From the human T2T-CHM13v2.0 reference genome, Homo sapiens: 64,000 nt of DNA. The notes under the pieces were generated by a model. That model was not told the DNA's origin, made no database searches, and saw nothing but the letters and a program-made list of their open reading frames with translations. The DNA lies in the NCBI RefSeq assembly GCF_009914755.1, contig NC_060933.1, one strand, 5' to 3'. The translations under genes were made by a program, and so were the position numbers. Of this stretch, positions 56,190 to 64,000 are shown piece by piece; the stretch's first letter is position 1, and every line of letters starts with the position of its first letter.

Positions 56190-56448
56190 TTTTCTTTTCT
56201 TTTTCTTTCCTTTCTTTTCTTTCTTTTTCTTTTTTTCTTTTTTTTTTTTTTTTGAGATGGAGTCTTTCTCTGTCACCCAGGCTGGAGTACAGTGGTGCAA
56301 TCTCGGCCTCCCGGGTTCAAGCGATTCTCCTGCCTCAGCCTCCCAAGTAGCTGAGATTACAGGCGCCTGCCACCATGCCCAGCTAATTTTTCGTATTTTT
56401 AGTAGAGACAGGGTTAAGTGCTGAAGGCATGAGCCATTGCTCCCAGCC
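56190..56448 (-). mobile_element. AluS with two internal deletions
   Basis: TSD TCATCTGTGCATTTT / TCATCCATGCATTTT. Confidence 0.92.
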
Positions 56449-58747
56449 TCATCCATGCATTTTCTTCCACACCTCCTTCCGGCCGGTATTAAAATATTCT
56501 TCTGTTTGTGAGAGTCAAATTTTCCAAGGGCTGGAGCAGAACACACCCATCAAGCTTGCTCTTGTAACCTCTGCAGGCATGGCCCCTGACCACCTTTCTT
56601 ATATCACTCATGTCCTGACACATTTTTAGAAAGTAAAATTTGAAACAAATCATACACTTGGTAGACATGTGATTTCAACATATCATGTACAAGAGGATGT
56701 TCATATAGGAAACTCAGGGTAAAGAGCAGGCCTTGAAAGTGAGAAGGAAAACAGCTCTAAGGGACTAGTCACTTCCCTCATCCTAACCAAAGTACCCATT
56801 AGTGTTGACCCTCATTGCTTAACCCTTCTATTCCCCCAGCCACTGCCCCACATCTCACTTCCAAAATGGTTCATGGTTTCTGAAGGAATCTGATTTTGCC
56901 CGTGACCTTTGATTGATCATGGGACCAATGTCAGCTTACAGAAGTCCACCAGGTGGATAAGAAGAACTTGGAAAAATGCAAAACCAGGCTTGAATCCTGA
57001 CTCGTCCCTCCTCTGCATGAGTGACCTTTGATGAAATCTTCCACTCTGAAAAATACCTATGTGGTTGCTCTCTGCCTTACAGATGCAGATGAACATCAGA
57101 GCAAGGAGAACTGTGACTTAGAGAGACTTGGAAGCCTGTTTTATGTTGGAGCAGGCCCTATGAGTAGGATGTAGGGTTCCTGGCTTAAAGAAATTGTTAA
57201 GGTTTATTTTAGCATCAGAATTTCTGCTCCTCCTTTAAAAAATTGAATTTTAAATAAAAACACCTTCATTTGTTTTTCTTATTTGTATTATTTAACTTTC
57301 AGTATACCAATTGTATGTCTGAAGGCTCTAAGGGCATTTATTGTGTAGGAAACTCATAAATGTGGAAAGCCATTCCATGAGGTTTACTGAACAAATGAGA
57401 CAGTGAGTCCTAGTCTGAATTGAAGGTTCTCAAATGCTGACAGTCTCCTCCTAGTGCAATGTTCCTCTTGCATTTGAATCGAGATTTAGTTCCTTAAACT
57501 GAAAGCCACTCAGCAGCAATCTCCTCCCATTTTTCTAATTTGAGGTTGGCCTTCAGATGAATGTAAAGCAATTTCAAGGATGCCGTGGAAAGAAGCAAGA
57601 ACAAGTTTGTTGGCCAACTTTCCTTGTGTGTACAGGCAACTCCCACCCCGCCCCCCCATACTCCTATGTCTGAATCTAGCCCATGTTCAGAACACCCTTT
57701 CCTTCATAAGTCATTAGAAAAAGAATGGCTTCTTCCCCAAAGGTCAAAGCTATTGCTCAGATGTTCCGTTTACTAGAGAGGTTGACTTGAAGAATATTCT
57801 GGGCTCCACCCAACCCCACATGGGTAAACAGTGCACTCTCATACAGAATAGGAGGGAAGGAATCTTATCAGACAGGATTTTACTGGCCAGGAATAAACCA
57901 ATGATTTAACCTAGACAGTATGACCCGAGGAAAGAAATTACTATTCTGTCAACCCATTCCAGCACCAGCTAAAGTATCAAAACATCCAGATTCCTAAGGG
58001 CTCTCAAGTTTGGCTTAGAACATTAGTCATTTATTGAGAACTACTATGTGGCTTATGCTAGGTTGGGCACAAAGAAAAATGAGAAAACATGTCTTAAGTG
58101 CCTTAGGACAGCGCCAGGATCTGACTCATAGTAACTGTTTAAAAAATGTGATTATTATTACTATTATTTAAATCATTTATTGTTCTTGTTGTTACTGTTG
58201 GGTATCATAGTTCCTGGGTAGGTTTGCTATCTTGTGCCAGTTGCATTCAACATCATTGATATCCCTTCTTAGACCTCCCTCCTATGAAGTTCTCCTACTT
58301 ATTGGACCCCAACTTCTCTGTTTTCTCCTCGATACCACCTCTTGGCTTTTTCTCTTCTCTGAACCCATGATGGGGTGGAGATTTCTGAGGACTCGTGGAT
58401 TAGCTCTGGTTTTCTCTGCCCACTCTTTTCTCCTGGTGCTCTTCCGCCCTTACTGTAGCATGATGATACTTTCCAAGCCTGTCCCTTGAGCCCAGCCCTC
58501 CCTCCCACTGTGTTTCCAGATGATAATAATTAAACTGTATGAATATCTCTTATAACATTCAACTGCTTCCAAACACATTCATCTTCTTGCCTCATCAGCT
58601 CCAACCTGCAGGAGTCCCTTTTTGTCAGTGGCAACCTTTATGCAGCTCATTCAGTTTCACAATTTGGGATTATCCTTTCCTAGCAGTTTGCTTTCTTCCC
58701 TATGTTGATTCTAAAAATTAGTTCTTCAAATTTCTATTATAGAAACA

Positions 58748-59022
58748 AATGTGTATATGTAATATGTGTATATATTATATATGTAATATGTATATATATT
58801 ATATATGTAATATGTATATATTATATATGTAATATGTATATATGTAGTATGTATACATATAGTATGTATACAATAGATACTAACCTAATTATTATAATAT
58901 ATAACATACATAGCCTATGTGTATATATATGGACACATTTGTTTTTTGTGATATATATATTATGTCTATTATCTTATCTATCATCTATCTATGTATCTCT
59001 CTCTCTCTCTCTCTCACACACA
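58748..59022. repeat. AT-rich minisatellite plus (TCTA)/(TC)/(CA) compound repeat within L2
   Basis: Repeats of atatgtaatatgtatatatt. Confidence 0.8.
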
Positions 59023-59800
59023 CATATTATTCCATCCTTTTCTTTCTGGTTTCACTGTGATCTATTCTGGATGATAACAGAAACCTAATTTCTCTCCCTC
59101 TAGTCTGTGAGCTTCTTTAGGGCAGGTACCAATAATTATATGCCTCCATATGCCCCAGAGTCTGATAGGAGCTCCATAATATTTCCTGTGTATACATGAC
59201 CAATAAATGTATACGTGAATGAATGAACTAGCGTGTTGATCTTTCTGCCACCAGTTTTTCCCTCTCTAGCTAGTCATGCCCGCTGCAAGCATACCTACCT
59301 CCTGAAAATTCCACCTTCATCCTCTTACTCCCTGGCTCAAAAATATAACTGGCTCCCCATTACTCTTGAGGGGAGCTTTCAGACCACAACCACCCCACTA
59401 TTTTGATGTTTTGTTCAATGCCACCTCCTACTGTTGTCTGCGTAAAGCCTAATGCCAGGGAGGTTGGACTCTCTCAGGCACTGGATCAGTGGATTTCTGT
59501 ATACTGATTCTTTCCAGATCCTTGTTTATGACTTTCTAACCTTTCTCTCTGACCATCCATCATTCAATGCCCACCTCTCGAGACCTTAGCAACAATATAG
59601 CCCACATGGACACAGTCACTGTTCTGAACTTCCCACACCCACATCTCCTCTGCTTGTCTCCTCATCAAATGCTGTCCTGTATTATTATCTGACAGTAAAT
59701 TTATCACGTCTTGAGACTAGGAGCCATGTCTTATGTTTCTTTTGGATCTGCATCATTGTTAAGAACAAAATTGATGGCCCTTGAAGTCTTACCAAAGTGA

Positions 59801-60239
<439 letters not shown>

Positions 60240-60594
60240 TTCCAGTATATCTTGTATAACATGTAGATCCTAATCATGGTGACAAAAATGGTAGTAGCTG
60301 AAATATTTGAGTGCTTACTATACTATGTGCAAGGCCCTGTACCAAGGATTTTAATATTTTGATTTAAATCATCTTGAAACTCCTGTAAATTTTATTACCC
60401 CACTCTGCAGATAAGGAGACACACCAAGGCTTCAAATATTCATCAAGCCCTGACTCAATTTCATGCCCAGTGCTATATATGCTAAGGTGATATCAGAATT
60501 AGTAATTAGCCCTTCCTCTGTCAAATGAAGGCTGTGACCAATCCTGCCCAATGTCCAAACAATGTCTTAAAAATAATCTCTAAACCTAACTTCT

Positions 60595-61028
60595 ACAGTC
60601 TTCCTCCTAATAACCTATCTCCCCTGTTTAATCATGAGAAAATATCAGCACATTCAAATGGAAGAGTATTCTAGAATACACCTGACCAGTACGCCTCTGA
60701 ACTGTCAAGGTCATCAAAAAATAAGAAAAGCCCAAGAAATTGTCACAGCCAAGGAGATACAATGATTAAATGTAATGTGGTATCCTAGATGGGATCTGGA
60801 ACAGAAAAGGCTATTAGGTAAAATATAAGGAAATCTGAATAAAGTATGGACTTTAGTTTATACTAATGTATTAATACTGGTTTATTCATTGTAACACATG
60901 TCCCATAGTAATATAAGATACTAACTGGAAAACTGATTATGGAGTATATGGGAACTCTCTGTAAGAGCCTCTCAGTTGTTTTCTATAAATTAAAAACTGT
61001 TCTAAAATATAAAATCTACTAAAAAATA
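60595..61028 (+). mobile_element. L1MD/L1MC 3' end
   Basis: aactgtcaaggtcatcaaaa...taaatgtaatgtggtatcct. Confidence 0.8.
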
Positions 61029-61650
61029 AGGGTCGTGGGTGACTGGCAGGTTGGTGGGGCTGATAAGGTAGGGAATCTAAGCAAAAGAGGCCATTGTGGT
61101 GGGTGACAAAGCGAGGAAGATGGCGAGTTTGGTTTTAGAGGTAGTGCCTTGGAGGGTCTGCTAGGAGGTCCAGATGTCTGATAAGCAGCTGAAGAGCATG
61201 ATTTGGAGTCTCGGGGTGGGGGCGGAAGACCTGGTTTGGAGACACTTGGGAGTCATTATGCACATAGGTGGTAGTTGAAGCATTTGATGTCCTAAACACC
61301 ATTTTGGGGATGAGCAGCCAGCAACTCTGTTATTACTGTGTGGAGGATGAGGCGGAGGAGGCTGGGGGAGAGCCAGTTTGATTATAACTGCAGAGCAGCT
61401 GGAGCCTTTCATCGTCGGGGGGCCCAAACCATCCTTGTGGGCACAGATGCTGTGTTTTCCCTCATTCTGGAAGGCATTTCCTGAGACAGACTCTGGATAT
61501 GATAATTATGCTGGTTAGTAAGTTGATCTAGCCTCAACTGCATAGACAGGGATCCCACAACAAAATGCCTCCATGTTATCCAATACATTGGCTTTTCTTA
61601 AAAAAGAAACATTTTAATTCTTTCTTCCATAGTAGATTTAGGGTAATTAC

Positions 61651-62048
61651 GTTAGATGAAACTATTTTGATAACCATCTTTCTTGAGGACGCAGCACCTC
61701 TGTAGCTTTAAAACCTAAGTTAATTAGATATCTGATGTTAACAAAAGCTTCCATTAAAAAAAAATTCTCATAAGCTGCATCCCCCAGACTCCTGCTGTAG
61801 CAGAGGAGTCAATGCTAAGTACAGCTTTTATCATGAAACTGGCATTTTTGTATAGTTAATCATAGACGTCTGCTGCCTCTGAGATGGAGCAGGCACCCCC
61901 ACTCTACCCCCAAGGATGAAAGACCCGTCAACGTGGTAAAATCCGTGTTTTTTACATGACAATTTCTGAGAGTTGAGGCTTACATACACTAAGATATTAA
62001 CTTTGCTTGGCATTCAAGGGCTATCAAGTTTGTGGGGAAAGGGCATGT
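61651..62048 (-). pseudogene. CATSPERG-like exon remnant 3
   Basis: KVNILVYVSLN ~ SVVMRVDISSN; YHVDGSFILGG ~ HTVDQSPVLILGG; (fs) NASFMIKAVLSIDSS ~ DTSFKDFSLVELSIDSC; (fs) DAAYENFFLM...PQERWLSK ~ DTIATESTLFI...GSGSWIRV. Confidence 0.7.
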
Positions 62049-62694
62049 CTTGGAATTATAAAGGAGATAGTCTTAGTTAACTCTAAGATAAATATCCAAG
62101 TGAGCATGAAAGGATTTATTGAGTTACCTGGAAATGACCAGGCTTCTAGAAGTGTTCCTAGCAACGGATTCTCAGGAATGTGATACCTCCTGACAATAAA
62201 CAAATAAAATTTAGAAGAGACTGCTTTATCATGTATAAATCCGCCCACCCCACCCCATCCCAAACAGACAAGTACATACATGCATACATGAGCACATGCA
62301 CATGTGTGCACACGCACGCCTTTGACCTGCAAGCTGGGTAACACATCAGCTCTCTTCAGTTCAGAGAAAGAAAAAGTTTATAGCTGGAAAGATTGCTGGG
62401 CAGCCTTGGCTCCTGGAAAAAGGAAGAGTGGAGAATGGGAGCCATGACCACAGGGAACCTGCATCTGAGCTCATATCCACCTCTCTCAAGCTTGGTAATC
62501 TCAGGTATGCTTCCTAGTTCTTCTGAGTCTCAGGTTCCTTTAATAAGAAATGAAGATAAAGATGCTCACCTCAATTCAATTAATACATACTGATTTTTTC
62601 CAAGTGTCAGACACTTTGCTGGAGATACAATGATGGATAAGAAAAACACAATTGCCCCCCTCAGAGACAGAGGCATTTCAGGGTTGTTGCTGTG

Positions 62695-62839
62695 CGTATT
62701 CAGCGATATTGAGCACACATGTAGCATGGCACATGGTTGCTGAGAAAAAAATATCAGTGTGCATCTCTTCCACCTTAAGATGAGCAGTTGAACTTGAGCA
62801 AACGATAGTCTAACTACGGGAAATTTAGCAGCACCAGGC
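62695..62839 (-). pseudogene. CATSPERG-like exon remnant 2
   Basis: Acceptor cttcagtcctAG, phase matches exon 1. KFPVVRLSF ~ LKPLVLVTF; after a frameshift HLKVEEMHTDIFFSATMCHATCV ~ [23 protein letters not shown]. 3' end uncertain. Confidence 0.62.
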
Positions 62840-62899
62840 CTAGGACTGAAGGGTATTATTTTACAAAACATCAGAAGACTTTAATAGCAAACACATTGA

Positions 62900-63135
62900 A
62901 AAAGCCAACGGACTTTGGAATCATAGAGAGCTAGCCCAGCATCTTTGCCTTGTCCCTCACTAACTATATGTCAGTGTGTAATTTGCTTAATCTCTTTGAG
63001 GCTAGATTTGTAAACTGGAGATATTGTTAGAGATACCTACCTGAAATTGATGTTACAGGTAATAAAGGAAATATTACGCATTAAAAGCATTTGTTAAAAG
63101 GTAAAATGATATCCACATGTTAGTTATTATTGATT
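62900..63135 (+). mobile_element. MIR SINE
   Basis: ggactttggaatca...gcttaatctctttgag...taaactggagata. Confidence 0.65.
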
Positions 63136-63545
63136 ATTTTCATTATTATTGAGTAATCACCAGCCATGACACCACTCCCTGTGTGGTGTCTCTGGGGCTG
63201 GTGTTCTAGACTGAGGGATTGCAGCATCAACATTAACACATTTCACAGGCTCCAGAATAGCACTGATCACGGGAAAGATTTATAAATAAGTCCCCCACCT
63301 AATCAGGAGCAGATCCAAGGATTCTGACTTTCTTTTGAATAATGGCAGCAGAGACTATGGCACAGAGAGAAGGCCTGGAAATGGGCTTTCTTAAGTTCCC
63401 ATGAGCAACATCAGCAGGGCTTCTGATCCATGGTAGATCCCACACTTGGTCTCTTTCTCAGTTGACTGGATCTCTCTCCGTTTCAGAGATTGAGGAGGAG
63501 AGCATATCAACAGCAGAACTGATCGCCATTCTCAGGAAAACTCAC

Positions 63546-63946
63546 CAGCAATCATCCAGAATCCCCATGTAAGGCCAATTACTTTTGGGTCGTAGAGCCC
63601 AAGATGGGTTCCAGGATCTCACTTGAGGAAGCATCACAAAACCTGGGAAAACTTCATAATCTCCACAAACCAGCATTTTAATTCTAATAGTCTTGGAGTC
63701 CTGAGTCACTCTGGAGGGTTGGGGGTTGGCTTCAACATTTCTCCCAGGAGGCCATAGCATGTTTTTGCAAATAGACTCTCGAAGAGCATCTCAGATGTTC
63801 CAGACTTTTTCAAGGGGGTTGCAGGAATTCCCCTGTGCTGCAATAATGTAATAGAACTCACCAGGGCTTAGTCAGGCCAAACTACCATAGTTTCATGAAT
63901 TCATCGTACAGTTTCATGCCGCTCCACCTTTAAACATGTTTTCCCT
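63546..63946 (-). pseudogene. CATSPERG-like exon remnant 1 (N-terminal region)
   Basis: RWSGMKLYDEFMKL ~ TWQVVLNEFKRV; KSGTSEMLFE ~ ESGVSDSFFE; PNPPE*LRTP/KTIRIKMLVC ~ [21 protein letters not shown]. Strong donor CTG|GTGAGT, phase 2. May be more than one exon. Confidence 0.55.
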
Positions 63947-64000
63947 CTGCTTAGAGGAATTATTCCTCCCCCTGCTTTCCTGCGCTTCCCTATTCATCCT

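Overview
Primate (human-like) genomic DNA rich in MIR, L2, MaLR LTR, old L1 and Alu repeats, with no intact protein-coding gene. The main non-repeat signal is on the minus strand. About 17 decayed exon remnants run from ~63946 down to ~7255, mostly with AG/GT boundaries and several phase-compatible joins. Their translations are colinear with nearly the whole CATSPERG protein (sperm CatSper channel auxiliary subunit gamma; compared by eye with the sequence as I recall it). They are highly diverged and contain many stops and frameshifts, so I interpret them as an unprocessed, probably unitary, pseudogene of an ancient CATSPERG paralog. An RPS15A processed pseudogene with TSDs appears to be inserted in its largest exon. 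Other notable structure includes a perfect 41-bp inverted repeat, a 104-bp tandem duplication and several atypical Alu insertions. Repeat subfamily names come from recalled consensus features, and MIR/L2 fragments are only partly listed.
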